DNA from: Tubiluchus corallicola
Taxonomy: Eukaryota; Animalia; Priapulida
DNA length: 64,000 nucleotides
Assembly (NCBI GenBank): GCA_030141605.1
Contig: JAQGDQ010001006.1
Span: 1-64,000, forward strand
Direction of reading: 5' to 3'
This document shows positions 1 through 12,732 of the stretch, in pieces. The notes beneath the pieces are model-generated. The model had not been told where the DNA came from and ran no database searches. It was given only the letters and a program-made list of their open reading frames with translations. Every line of letters begins with the position of its first letter. Position 1 is the first letter of the stretch. The translations under genes and the position numbers were made by a program.

Positions 1-78
1 TGTAGCTTGCACAATGTAAGTTAGAACAGAAGCAATTTTCACAAACATGTAAGTAAACAAATGGGAGATTATACAAAC

Positions 79-1210
79 TGTAAAATTTAATACACAAAGA
101 CAAACTAAGACAATTTTTCACTGTTACCTGAGATCCTGTACGGAAGCAGTCAATATCTCATTCAAAAACTCGATATCTTCCACAATGTCTATGTAAAATT
201 TAATACACAAAGACAAACTAAGACAATTTTTCACTGTTACCTGAGATCCTGTACGGAAGCAGTCAATATCTCATTCAAAAACTCGATATCTTCCACGATG
301 TCTATGTAAAATTTAATACACAAAGACAAACTAAGACAATTTTTCACTGTTACCTGAGGTCTTGTACGGAGACAGTCAATATCTCATTCAAAAACTCAAT
401 ATCTTCCACGATGTCTATGTAAAATTTAATACACAAAGACAAACTAAGACAATTTTTCACTGTTACCTGAGGTCTTGTACGGAGACAGTCAATATCTCAT
501 TCAAAAACTCGATATCTTCCACAATGTCTATGTAAAATTTAATACACAAAGACAAACTAAGACAATTTTTCACTGTTACCTGAGATCCTGTACGGAAGCA
601 GTCAATATCTCATTCAAAGCTCAATATCTTCCACGATGTCTATGTAAAATTTAATACACAAAGACAAACTAAGACAATTTTTCACTGTTACCTGAGGTCT
701 TGTACGGAGACAGTCAATATCTCATTCAAAAACTCGATATCTTCCACGATGTCTATGTAAAATTTAATACACAAAGATAAACTAAGACAATTTTTCACTG
801 TTACCTGAGGTCCTGTACAGAAGCAGTCAATATCTCATTCAAAAACTCGATATCTTCCACCATGTCTATGTAAAATTTAATACACAAAGATAAACTAAGA
901 CAATTTTTCACTGTTACCTGAGGTCCTGTACAGAAGCAGTCAATATCTCATTCAAAAACTCGATATCTTCCACGATGTCTATGTAAAATTTAATACACAA
1001 AGACAAACTAAGACAATTTTTCACTGTTACCTGAGGTCCTGTACGGAAGCAGTCAATATCTCATTCAAAAACTCAATATCTTCCACGATGTCTATGTAAA
1101 ATTTAATACATAAAGACAAACTAAGACAATTTTTCGCTGTTACCTGAGGTCCTGTACGGAAGCAGTCAATATCTCATTCAAAAACTCTATATCTTCCACG
1201 ATGTCTATGT
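79..1210 (-). repeat. 113-bp minisatellite, ~10 copies, made of the exon C 3' end + donor + intron start
   Basis: tgtaaaatttaatacac recurs at 79, 192, 305, 418...; the minus-strand unit reads ...DIVEDIEFLNEILTASVQDL AG|gtaacagtg... Confidence 0.95.
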
Positions 1211-1322
1211 CGTCATACGTCCGATTCTGCAGAAACTCGAGCTGCTTTAACACTTTGCATGAAACCATGGCAACGGCATTGTCTTGAATGATTTCTTTAT
1301 CTTCTGGTTTCTCTAACACGTT
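1144..1322 (-). CDS. ATP6V1H: V-type ATPase subunit H, internal exon C (minus strand)
   Basis: NVLEKPEDKEIIQDNAVAMVSCKVLKQLEFLQNRTYDDIDIVEDIEFLNEILTASVQDL; ttccag acceptor, gtaaca donor; phase 0 join with exon B. Confidence 0.95.
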
Positions 1323-1529
1323 CTGGAAAGCAAAATGAGAAAGGTAAAGCAAATCCGAGACATCGTTATAACGAAATAGTAATCGTTATAATCATATAAC
1401 GAATTAACGATAGCATTAGTTGCCAGCTAATTTGGGAATATACTGATACTAAAAGTATCCCGTACTGTCACATGTATAGGTAGCGCTACTAGATTCTGAG
1501 CTACAAGAAGGAAATCTTAACTTCTGCAC

Positions 1530-1600
1530 TGTCATGCTGAGTTGGTAGAGTGTAGGAATACTAATTCCAGGTCTTGGGTTCAAAGTCCAAAGAGTTCACA
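1530..1600 (+). mobile_element. Degenerate tRNA-derived SINE head
   Basis: gctgagttggtagagtg (A-box-like) and gggttcaaagtcc (B-box-like) at tRNA spacing; no clean cloverleaf. Confidence 0.4.
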
Positions 1601-2033
1601 ATTTTTCAGTGTCTTTTCTCCAATGGGTAATAATTGGTAAAACGAACTGCAATGGTTCATAAAATTCTGCCACTCACAGTCATAATTAATTGATGAAACC
1701 TGAAACATATCACTATAATAATCTATAGGAGGATAAGTACGCTATTGCTCATAAGTTTCTGAAATGGCTTGCAGCAAATGTAAACTAGAAAATGCAACAG
1801 CATATTTTAAATTAAAAAGTATTGAAATGCAAGAGAATAAACAGAAGTCAAACAGTTTGCCGAATTATTTTACCGCTTAACAATATCAATATATATATAT
1901 CAACAGCTTAATAAAGTTTTTTTTAATTAAGCCTGTAAACAAACTCAGTATGAATCCTGATACGCATTGTGTTGTAACTTAGGTATTGTTACAGCCATAT
2001 TAAACTATTATATTATTACATATTAAACTACTA

Positions 2034-3489
2034 CATATTACATAGTAAAAACTTTGCAATAGTTGATACAAGATCATACAACATGCCCGAAATGTAGCGA
2101 GGATGACTCTAGTATTAATTACATCGTAAAAACTTTACAATAGTTGATACAAGATCATACAACATACCCGGAATGTAGCGAGGACGACTTCAGTATTAAA
2201 TACGTAGTAAAAACTTTACAAGTTGATACAAGATCATACAACATACCCGGAATGTAGCAAGGTCGACTCTAGTATTAAATACATTATAAAAACTTTACAA
2301 TAGTTGATACAAGATCATACAACATACCCGGAATGTAGCGAGGACGACTCTAGTATTAAATACGTAGTAAAAACTTTACAATAGCTGATATAAGATTATA
2401 CAACATACCTGGAATGTAGCAAGGACGACTCTAGTATTAAATACATAGTAAAAACTTTACAATAACTTATATAAGATCATACAACATACCCGGAATGTAG
2501 CGAGGACGACTCTCGTATTAAATACATTGTAAAAACTTTACAATAGTTGATACAAGATCATACAACATGCCCGGAATGTAGCGAGGACGATTCAAGTATT
2601 AAATACATTGTAAAAACTTTACAATAATTGATACAAGATCATACAACATACCCGGAATGTAGCAAGGACGATTCAAGTATTAAATACATTGTAAAAACTT
2701 TACAATAGTTGATACAAGATCATACAACATACCCGGAATGTAGCAAGGACGATTCAAGTATTAAATACATTGTAAAAACTTTACAATAATTGATACAAGA
2801 TCATACAACATACCCGGAATGTAGCGAGGACGACTCTAGTATTAAATACATAGTAAAAACTTTACAATAGTTGATACAAGATCATACAACATACCCGGAA
2901 TGTAGCGAGGACGACTCTAGTATTAAATACATAGTAAAAACTTTACAATAGTTGATACAAGATCATACAACATACCCGGAATGTAGCGAGGACGATTCAA
3001 GTATTAAATACATTGCAAAAACTTTACAATAGTTGATACAAGATCATACAACATACCCGGAATGTAGCGAGGACGACTCTAGTATTAAATACGTAGTAAA
3101 AACTTTACAATAGTTGATACAAGATCATACAACATACCCGGAATGTAGCGAGGACGACTCTAGTATTAAATACATAGTAAAAACTTTACAATAGTTGATA
3201 CAAGATCATACAACATACCCGGAATGTAGCGAGGACGACTCTAGTATTAAATACATTGTAAAAACTTTACAATAGTTGATACAAGATCATACAACATACC
3301 CGGAATGTAGCGAGGACGATTCAAGTATTAAATACATTGCAAAAACTTTACAATAGTTGATACAAGATCATACAACATACCCGGAATGTAGCGAGGACGA
3401 TTCAAGTATTAAATACATTGTAAAAACTTTACAATAGTTGATACAAGATCATACAACATACCCGGAATGTAGCGAGGACGACTCTAGTA
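2034..3489 (-). repeat. 81-bp minisatellite, ~18 copies, made of the exon B 3' end + donor + intron start
   Basis: Minus-strand unit ACTAGAGTCGTCCTCGCTACATTCCGG|gtatgttgtatgatcttgtatcaactattg... Confidence 0.95.
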
Positions 3490-3654
3490 ACCTTTTCTTT
3501 TACCGATTCACTCAGTATATCAGCTAGAATAGGAATAACATTGTAGTTGTTCATCTTTTCCGCTAGGGTGGGGTTGAACGTCAACACCCACAGACAGAAA
3601 ATCAGCTGATACTGTATCTGATAGTTGACTTTGCCAGCAAGAACAGATATTAGT
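3462..3654 (-). CDS. ATP6V1H: V-type ATPase subunit H, internal exon B (minus strand)
   Basis: [28 protein letters not shown]...[18 protein letters not shown], characteristic of subunit H; ttttag acceptor, gtatgt donor. Confidence 0.95.
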
Positions 3655-4489
3655 CTAAAAACAAGAGTAAAAACAAATAGTACATGCATTTTCAGAAGAG
3701 AAGCGACTTACAGATGTTTTACTTAAGTGGCGGCTCGTCTGTAGGCACTGCGGAACTGCAGCACCCCCTATTTTCACTCAATATTGTTGACAACATTCAA
3801 CATACTTGTAAATTCTTGAACCAGAGCACGTGATGGAACTGTGCGCTTCACAGTTCCAGCGACAGAGTGTTTGCGGTTGTGTGCATGCTGCGATTTGACA
3901 GCTCATGTGTTAGTATAGCGGTAAATTTGCAATTTCAATTTTTACCTTCAGATTTGCCTAGTTTTAGTAGAACACACTGAATCTCTTACAGTAGCACTGT
4001 GTACTTCAATTTTCTCTTTCGCAAACACGTGCAAAACACTCATGGAGCATTTTCGTGATTGAAAATTATGTTAGTTTGTGATGTCATCAATAGTTGGGCT
4101 CACCTGCCGTTAATAAAGTTTTTAATCTATTATTTAATTATCAGAAACGCAGTATTAATTGTGTTAAAATTGGACTTGAAGTTGGACAACAACAACATTA
4201 AAGTTTTTGTTGGACTTGAAAATGGGGTAGTATATGAAAAATCATCCTGTTTTTTAAACAGATATTTTTATTTAAGATGCACATAAAATTATTATTGATT
4301 AGCAGATTATTGTGGCCTTAAATTTTATTTATTTTTTTACCATTTATAAAAACACAGTAATTCAGTTTTATTTTAGTAAATTTACTTACTAACTTGCTAC
4401 ATTAAAATAGCTTAGCTTAACCAACAAATTTGCACACAAAGCAATTTGAAGAGAAAAAAACTGCCCAAAACGCAAGTTTTTGAACAATA

Positions 4490-5331
4490 ACGTGAAAAAT
4501 ACGTTGAATGCATTTTACAGTCTCACGACAGATCGTTTGTTATAGGAACAGATGAATTTATTGTTTATTAAATTATTTGTTGTTTACTTCCTAAAATAAA
4601 TCATAGGAAGGTGTTTACAATTCCCCAAACAGTTTAAGTAAACCCACCCTAACACTATCCTTATCCTAATCCTAGCACTAACACGTCTAGCCTAACCCTA
4701 AACCAATTCTAACTCTAATCCTAATCCTAACCCTATCGCTATCCTAATCCTAGCACTAACCTATTGAATTCAGCGAACTTCCCAATTTTGTTAAAAGTCG
4801 TAATTAAATGCTGAAATGTTGGCAGGAAAAATTTTTATTGACCTAGACAGCTTATTGTGTAAATTTTAGAAAATGTTACTGCCTAAAATTTTTACTGTCT
4901 CAATTTTTACTGTCTTCATGTAGTTATAATTTTTCTTGTACCAATACCTCTAGTGGCATCCAAAAGATTTTAAGTAGTACATATTTTTACCATGTTATCG
5001 CTCATATACATTATGTTTGATATCGGTTTACGAGCTTTAAGCTCATGTTTTACGAATATGTACTGTTTATATCATACCGATGAAAATAAACATTATCTTA
5101 TCCTATCCTGTCCTGTCCTGTCCTGTCCTGTCCTGTCCTGTCCTATCCTATCCTATCCTATCTTATCTTATCTTATCTTATCTAACCGAACTCTAGCCTA
5201 ACCCTAAACCAATCCTAGCTCTAATCCTAATCCATTTTAGGAATAAATTTCTCGTGTGTGAAATAGCAAACTTTAACCAAACAAACGATCTATTTTCACA
5301 CTATAAAGGACATTCAACGTTTCACTCACGC
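4490..5331. mobile_element. Old inverted-repeat element containing (cctaac)n-like and (tcctg/tccta)n tracts
   Basis: Degenerate ~50-bp inverted repeats: cgtgaaaaatacgttgaatgc..cagatcgtttgtt versus aacaaacgatct..acattcaacgtttcactcacg. Confidence 0.4.
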
Positions 5332-5389
5332 GAAAGATGACAAGGTTCAAGACAGCAAAGTTTCTCGTATTTTAAGTTTTTATACTTAC

Positions 5390-5487
5390 GTTGATATTCC
5401 GTCCACGTTAACAAAAGCAAACCTGTATTCGTCAATGCGCAACATCATTTGCAAGCAACGAGCAACAGTTTGTAAATACTCGTTATT
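5390..5487 (-). CDS. ATP6V1H: V-type ATPase subunit H, internal exon A (minus strand)
   Basis: Translates [32 protein letters not shown](T); ttgcag acceptor and gtaagt donor; phase joins exon 3462-3654. Confidence 0.92.
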
Positions 5488-5699
5488 CTGCAACAAAATA
5501 TCAAGTGCCAATAAAATGTGGCCTGACATACAGAAAAATCAAAATACACTCATATCTTGGTTAACCGGACCACGCTTAACGGAAATCGGAAAAATCAGAC
5601 AAAATCTGGTCTGTTAAAAAGACCCGCATACTATGGACACTGTCCGTCCCTTCACAAGCTGACCGCTAGTTGATAGGCCATCATTTTGTTTAAATCTAA

Positions 5700-6988
5700 G
5701 CAGCATGTAAACACACGTGTGTAGCTTGTATGTCAGCATGTGTAAGTGGTTTAATCAGCATGTGTAAGTGGTTTAATCAGCATGTGTAAGTAGTTTAAAC
5801 AGCATGTGTAAGTGGTTTAAACAGCATGTGTAAGTGGTTTAATCAGCATGTGTAAGTGGTTTAATCAGCATGTGTAAGTAGTTTAAACAGCATGTGTAAG
5901 TGGTTTAAGCAGCATGTGTAAGTGGTTTAATCAGCATGTGTAAGTGGTTTAATCAGCATGTGTAAGTGGTTTAATCAGCATGTGTAAGTGGTTTAATCAG
6001 CATGTGTAAGTGGTTTAATCAGCATGTGTAAGTGGTTTAATCAGCATGTGTAAGTAGTTTAAACAGCATGTGTAAGTGGTTTAAACAGCATGTGTAAGTG
6101 GTTTATCAGCATGTGTAAGTGGTTTAAGCAGCATGTGTAAGTGGTTTAAACAGCATGTGTAAGTGGTTTAATCAGCATGTGTAAGTGGTTTATCAGCATG
6201 TGTAAGTGGTTTAATCAGCATGTGTAAGTGGTTTAAACAGCATGTGTAAGTGGTTTAAGCAGCATTGTAAGTGGTTTAACACATGTAAGTGGTTTAATCA
6301 GCATGTGTAAGTGGTTTAAACAGCATGTGTAAGTGGTTTAAACAGCATGTGTAAGTGGTTTATCAGCATGTGTAAGTGGTTTAAACAGCATGTGTAAGTG
6401 GTTTAAACAGCATGTGTAAGTGGTTTAATCAGCATGTGTAAGTGGTTTAATCAGCATGTGTAAGTGGTTTAATCAGCATGTGTAAGTGGTTTAATCAGCA
6501 TGTGTTAGTGGTTTAAGCAGCATGTGTAAGTGGTTTAAACAGCATGTGTAAGTGGTTTAAGCAGCATGTGTAAGTGGTTTAATCAGCATGTGTAAGTGGT
6601 TTAAACAGCATGTGTAAGTGGTTTAAACAGCATGTGTAAGTGGTTTATCAGCATGTGTAAGTGGTTTAATCAGCATGTGTAAGTGGTTTATCAGCATGTG
6701 TAAGTGGTTTAATCAGCATGTGTAAGTGGTTTAATCAGCATGTGTAAGTGGTTTATCAGCATGTGTAAGTGGTTTAAACAGCATGTGTAAGTGGTTTAAA
6801 CAGCATGTGTAAGTGGTTTAAGCAGCATGTGTAAGTGGTTTAAACAGCATGTGTAAGTGGTTTATCAGCATGTGTAAGTGGTTTAATCAGCATGTGTAAG
6901 TGGTTTATCAGCATGTGTAAGTGGTTTAATCAGCATGTGTAAGTGGTTTAATCAGCATGTGTAAGTGGTTTATCAGCATGTGAGTGGC
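5700..6988. repeat. 22-bp minisatellite (cagcatgtgtaagtggtttaa[t/a/g]), ~55-58 copies
   Basis: Directly visible; lies between the minus-strand and plus-strand ATP6V1H exon blocks. Confidence 0.97.
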
Positions 6989-7138
6989 TTCTTTAATAGA
7001 CATGTGAAGCTCCAACTCATCCTTATGGCCAATCAACCGAAACCGATTATGGTCGTAACTCAACGACTAACTGTATTATGTTAGTGAGGTAGCTTGAAAG
7101 AGCTGAAATTGAAGAGGGAATGTTTTTTTTGCTTACAG

Positions 7139-7240
7139 AATTTTGGTGAAACTCATGGAGACGACAAGAGATCCTCTGATCTTGTCCGTGGCAGCTCACG
7201 ACGTTGGGGAGTACGTTCGTCACTATCCCAGAGGAAAACA
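7139..7240 (+). CDS. ATP6V1H: V-type ATPase subunit H, C-terminal domain exon (plus strand)
   Basis: [33 protein letters not shown], hallmark of the subunit H C-terminal domain; ttacag acceptor, gtcagt donor. Confidence 0.95.
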
Positions 7241-7418
7241 GTCAGTATCTTATCAGAATTTGTGATCTCACAATTTTTGTGTTTTTGATAAATATGGATT
7301 AATTACCACATGAGCAACTTCACTGAAAATCTATTTTCATCTTATGCATGCTTGTTTACTTGGCTTTCAATATTTTATGCCGGGGGAGGCGGGGGAGGGG
7401 GGGTGATAAATACAACTA

Positions 7419-7702
7419 CGGTAAAGTGGGTATAACTCGAACACTCGGGACTGGAAAACTTGTTTGAGTTATGCAGCTGTACAATGTTTGTAAGAAAACA
7501 AGATTGAGTGGCTCATCAACGTTGAACAATACACTAGTAACACTACTGGCTGTGAAAATGACAAACTGGGAGCTTTTAATAAACTATTAAACAACAATTT
7601 TTATGAACAATCAAAAATAAAATGACTGGTCCACCTCTATACTAGTCTGAGTAGCACGATTAATAGAATTCGGGAAGAATTTGAGTTATACATAGTTTAC
7701 TA
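7419..7702. mobile_element. Decayed Tc1/mariner-type MITE
   Basis: Imperfect TIRs cggtaaagtgggtataactcgaa / tttgagttatacatagtttacta, flanked by TA. Confidence 0.5.
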
Positions 7703-7958
7703 TACTTACCTTATCTAGTTTTAAGTTGAAAAGTTATTTATTTTTGTTACTATTAGACAAAAAATAATGTCAACAGAACACTTGTTGTATGTTATTAATT
7801 GCTTTATCTCTTTATAAAAATCTGAGTCGAAATACGTAAAGAAATCTTCAAAATGATATGTCATATGTGTTCGGGAGCGAATACGCCTAGTGCATAGATT
7901 ACCGCGCACATTTGCTTTCCATGTTAATGGTATAAGAAATTATGCTGTTTTTTTCCAG

Positions 7959-8072
7959 TGTCATTGAACAGCTGGGTGGTAAGCAGTTGGTAATGCAACA
8001 TTTGAGTCACGAAGATCCTAATGTTCGCTATGAAGCCTTATTAGCCGTACAGAAGCTTATGGTGCACAATTG
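7959..8072 (+). CDS. ATP6V1H: V-type ATPase subunit H, penultimate exon
   Basis: [38 protein letters not shown]; ttccag acceptor, gtatgt donor; phase-consistent. Confidence 0.96.
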
Positions 8073-8109
8073 GTATGTTTGTTACTATTGGTGAACAAAT
8101 ATACTTTGA

Positions 8110-8218
8110 GGGACTAGGTCTCCAGAGTGACCGAGGGGTCGATGGGACTAGGTCTCCAGAGTGATCGAGGGGTCGATGGGACTAGGTCTCCAGAGTGACC
8201 GAGGGGTCGATGGGACTA
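8110..8218. repeat. 34-bp tandem repeat, ~3 copies
   Basis: gggactaggtctccagagtgaccgaggggtcgat repeated, starting ~37 bp after the donor at 8073. Confidence 0.9.
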
Positions 8219-8877
8219 TCAAAGGGGTCAAAGGTGTTGATTCCACTCTTTTGTCAGCTTTTAACATCAATGTTTACAGTCTTGCATCAAATGAACTTGT
8301 ACGTTTGTTCCTGCGTGGGAACCATACCCTAGATAATTCTGTGAACACTCAAATTTTTGTTTTAGTGCAGTCTTTTATTTCAAACACCAAGCGCTTTAAA
8401 TAGTATTAAGTTTGTTACTCTTGTTACATATTAATGCTTATATTCATTGCAACATTTTTTGTACATTGTGGTCACCATTGTTCTGCATCTGTGTAGCGTT
8501 TTGCTTCCACTAGGGGAGAACATACATCAGCTGTAAAACTGTCTGTTTCAAATCTAGATGTTACACCTTCAATAAATTATGTTTAAACCGAAAGGTGTTA
8601 ATAAATGCCTCTGGGTCAAAGACGGGTCAATCAACATTGGGGTCTGTATTTCATGAGACACATTCATTTATCATGATGTGTTTCCACCTATTTCAATAAG
8701 ATGTGGAATTCCAACATTATATTCAATATTTTGTACGTTGAACATGATTCCACATAAACAGTAAACGTTTTTTCATTTTTATTTTCCTATATTTCATGAG
8801 AGACATTCACGGGGGGAGTGGGGGGTACAGAACAACAGTTTTGCAGGGCTTCGTATGTAGTTTTCCGCACTAATGTA

Positions 8878-9362
8878 CAGTCATACTTTTGTTTTCGACC
8901 ATAATTTTTTATTTTTCGACCTATATTTTCGATCACTTTTCCTAGAAAGTGTTTGAAAACCGATTTGGTTGAGTACCGAATCATTTATTCCCATAAGAAA
9001 TAATGTAAAAGCAAATAATCCGTTCTCAAGCACCAAATGAACTGTAAAGTATTACTAAAACGAAATATAATAATGCAAAAATGTTTATTCAAACAGTAGA
9101 TATGATATAATTGATAAGAAAAACATAATAGAATTACTTTGAAAGAACGACATAATTATTCCTGCACGGACAAAGATAAGCGTAGAAAGCACTTAGCGAT
9201 GTTAGGCGATTCAGATCTTGTGCGTGACTACGCTCGGCTCGCCGCACGTGTTCATCACGTGTTTGGCAGTTGGTCGAGAGTGGAGACAATTTCGACTGGA
9301 ATTTTCTGGTCGAAAACCAATTTGTACGAGTACGGAGACGTTCGACAACGGAGGTATGACTG
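8878..9362. mobile_element. Tc1/mariner (pogo/Tigger-like) MITE
   Basis: TIRs cagtcatac.tt.gtt.tcga / tcgacaacggaggtatgactg; TA on both sides. Confidence 0.75.
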
Positions 9363-9654
9363 TATATGCAAACTGCAAATCCAGCTAATTATTTTAAATA
9401 TTTATTTTTTGTGCAAGCCTGGTTTCGACGAGAAATCAAGGATTCCATGAAGGGGTCAATGGTATAAAAAAGTCCCCCTCGAGTAGTGCATGCGTGAATG
9501 GTCTTGGGAATGCTTGTATAGTTTCCACTGTCACATTCTCTAGTTTTTTTAAGAAGGAAAAGAAATTCTACTCTTCAGAACTTTGGCATCTGAAACAAAA
9601 TGTTGATCGGAAGTAACGGCAGGTTTTTAATTTGTTTTATTTTGTTTATTTTAG

Positions 9655-9730
9655 GGAATACCTGGGTAAACAATTGGAGACAACAACGGCTGCAGCAGCT
9701 GACAGCAAATCATTAACTGGAAAAGCTTAG
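9655..9730 (+). CDS. ATP6V1H: V-type ATPase subunit H, last coding exon
   Basis: EYLGKQLETTTAAAADSKSLTGKA-stop after a ttttag acceptor; completes the NW|EYLGKQL motif. Confidence 0.93.
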
Positions 9731-10165
9731 GACGGTCGTAGTGTATAAAAGCTTAACAAATCATTCCTGTTATAGTAATATAATAAATGTATCATGTAAG
9801 CTTGTTGATAGTTATAAAGGAACAATGATTAATGTTTTGCCGTTGTCGTTGCCGTTGTTGTATGTGTATTGCTTAAAACCAATTTGTTATATTACTTATG
9901 AGATGGAATCTAATATTCACTTAGTTTGTTATTGTATTATGGACTTGAGTTTATTGTTAAAGAATATGTGTAAATTATGTGTTTGTGGGAAGTAAAATAT
10001 ATAATACTATTTAGTATTTGTTTTGTACTTGCATTCAGATTTTTGTTTAAAGGACAAGATAACGGGTACCCGAAGAAGGTTTCAGAAAAATCGCCTTAAA
10101 AATTGTGTTACAGCAATTTTATTTTTTTGTTTCTTTTCATTTTAAATTTCCCTCATTACTGTTCC

Positions 10166-10256
10166 GACCGCGCCATTACGTGACATCACTTATGCACCGC
10201 GCCATTACATGATGTCACTTATGCACCGCGCCATTACGTGACGTCACTTATGCACA
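10166..10256. repeat. 29-bp tandem repeat, 3 copies, with a TGACGTCA-like core
   Basis: accgcgccattacgtgacgtcacttatgc and variants. Confidence 0.85.
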
Positions 10257-11941
10257 ACACAAATCAGTGAAAGAAAAGGAAATGTTAAATTGATGTCCCA
10301 AAAACTTTCTATGCAAATCTATATTATTTAGCATTTCACTTACCTGCTGGAAAGACTTATCTTTAACTAGAAATAATAATTTAAAATTTTTGTGCCAATT
10401 GGTAAAATGTCGCTAACTCATTCTCCAGGGTGCACCACTCACTAACCAAAAGCGTATTTTTAATCTTATTAACAAGATACAGTGACGTGTGTACTACGAA
10501 TACTCTGATTATTTTTATCAGACTTTATTCAATGTTATCTAAACTTGTTTCAAATGACCTACCATTAAAATGGCTGTGCCTAATGGTCATCGCAGGAGTT
10601 TAAATTTACAAGTTTTATACCGACTCAAGCCCTGCATGTAAAAATACAATATGTAAATGGTATAAAATTTCAAGACGAATTTTTTAAGCTTGATGTAAGT
10701 GGAGGCTTTTCTTGTTTTTAAGTAATTTTGATAAATTCTAACAATTAATGAATTCGTGCAATAAATCTTGTTGATGTGCTTTCATGAAAATAATTGTTTG
10801 AAAACATTGAGCCAAGTTTTTCTCATACAAGTTGCAGTTGATAAAGTACACTTTCTTGTAAGCTTTTACATCTACTAGTAATCTGAGTGAATTTTCAAAA
10901 TGCGTAACAATTTCTTAGACTAACTACATTTTTCACAAGCAAAATGCCCGTTGAACATTTGTTTAATAATACGTGTTATCGCTTGTAAAACTGCTTTAGG
11001 TTAAAACTAATGTCTTCCCGAGTTTTTTTAATGACTGAATGTCTAATGACCGAATCAATGTTTAATAATACGTGTTATCGCTTGTAAAACAGCTTTAGTT
11101 TATCACTAAATTCTTCCCAAGTTTTTTAATGACTGAATGTCACGGTTCCAAAAAGTGAAACCTGCGGACATTTTGTACATACTTACACAATTAGGAGTTA
11201 TCATGTGTTGCCACCTTTTATAATAATTCCCAGATTAATGCTTTTTTTCCTGTATAATTTAATATAAGTACTTACAATTGTATTTTATGTAGTTCTAATA
11301 CTCTTCCGCCTTCTCGTCAAATAGTTCCACGTCAAAAATAGAAAATTGTTGTTTCCTACTTTCTTCGCGAATATGCAACCGATTCGCGACAACAGTCTTG
11401 TTACACGCTACAATAATATTAGCAACCAGACAAATGCGTGCATAATAATGTAGTATTAATTAAACTAATTAGGAACTTAAACAAAGAAGATAGGACAGCA
11501 AGACAGTCTATCATCATCATCCAATGAATCACACGTCCAGGGACATGATTCTGCTCACCTCCCTATGCCAAGACAGTCTGGCATGCAGAACACCGCTAAG
11601 CAATCACCAAGATCTTTGATCTACACAAACAATATCTATGGTATTGTTACAAATCTCAGTTCCATAGGTGAGACGATAATTCAATTTTCACACGCTCTGC
11701 TTTCTTGTATCTTGTCTAATAATTTGAGTATCTTGAATTTATTTTTACAAACTTGTTGCAAGTTTTTGTTATGAAACATTTTGAATAATTTGTTTTTTTA
11801 GTGGGAAGCACTTTTTCTGATTTCCGTAGGGGAAGTGTGTGGAAGGGCAGTTGAGGAGGTTGTTTTACATAGGGAAGGTTAGCGGGGTTCACACTGTTTT
11901 TAGTCACCGCAACAGGTGACACTGAACCAAGTTATGCTATT

Positions 11942-12085
11942 GACCGGACGGTTTTGTCTAGTGGTAACATGTCCGCTTTCTGTCTGGGAGGTCGTGAGTT
12001 CGATACTGCAGTCGTGTAACATCAAAGACTTTAAAGATGGTACCTGCTGTTGCCCATGGTGTTTAGGACAAAAGTGGGGTAATAA
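11942..12085 (+). mobile_element. tRNA-derived SINE 5' part
   Basis: A-box-like gtctagtggtaaca and B-box gagttcgatact, followed by a typical SINE body (aaagactttaaagatggtacctgctg...). Confidence 0.6.
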
Positions 12086-12402
12086 TAGTCTCTATTATGT
12101 AGTTCTAAAATTGGTTATTCACAGTCGGTAAAAAACGTGTTTGAGGTAATGTTAAAATAAGAGAATAACAATTTTCTTAGTTCTTATCCGTTTATAGAAT
12201 CAAGAATCGAGTAGTTTTATGAGTCTATTATTGGTTCACCAGGCGCTAAGACAGAAAAGTATAGGTCGTTATTACGTTTACCCAATTTTAAAAACAGTTT
12301 GTAATTGAATAACAAAAAATAAATCGAATAACGAATGTGACGAAATTAGTCAATTTCTTTCGTCTTGATGAAGTATGTAGACTCTTCGTGCAGGCGTATA
12401 AC

Positions 12403-12732
12403 TGTTGTGGAGATCCACTAGAATTAAATAGAATATTGTAGAATATTCTATAGTACAGTAGAACAATATTCTTACCTTGTAGAAGTTTCCAGAACTTTGT
12501 ATTCTAGATTATTCCCTGCCACTGATATATAAGGCGGAGCTGGCCGCTGGAGTTGATTCTCTTGTATTCTCAGATTCTGAGATACGCTTTCACATTTCCA
12601 GATTATCACATTTACTGTAAACATTTCGCGTTCCTTCATACTTTCTTGTATAATTCTCATAGAATAAATTAGTTTAAATTGACGACGCGTTTTCTGTTTT
12701 TTTCTACGAGCCGAGAGAAACAAAACACAACA
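12403..12732 (+). mobile_element. Solo-LTR-like element, copy A (TGTTG...CAACA, 5-bp TSD ATAAC)
   Basis: TG..CA ends, identical flanking ATAAC, internal tatataa; homologous to 26650-27010 and 35614-35986. Confidence 0.8.

Noticed and set aside
1530-1600. Functional tRNA gene (also 11942-12015 and 54070-54115)
   Set aside because: Only A/B-box-like remnants with no pairing acceptor stem; treated as SINE relics.
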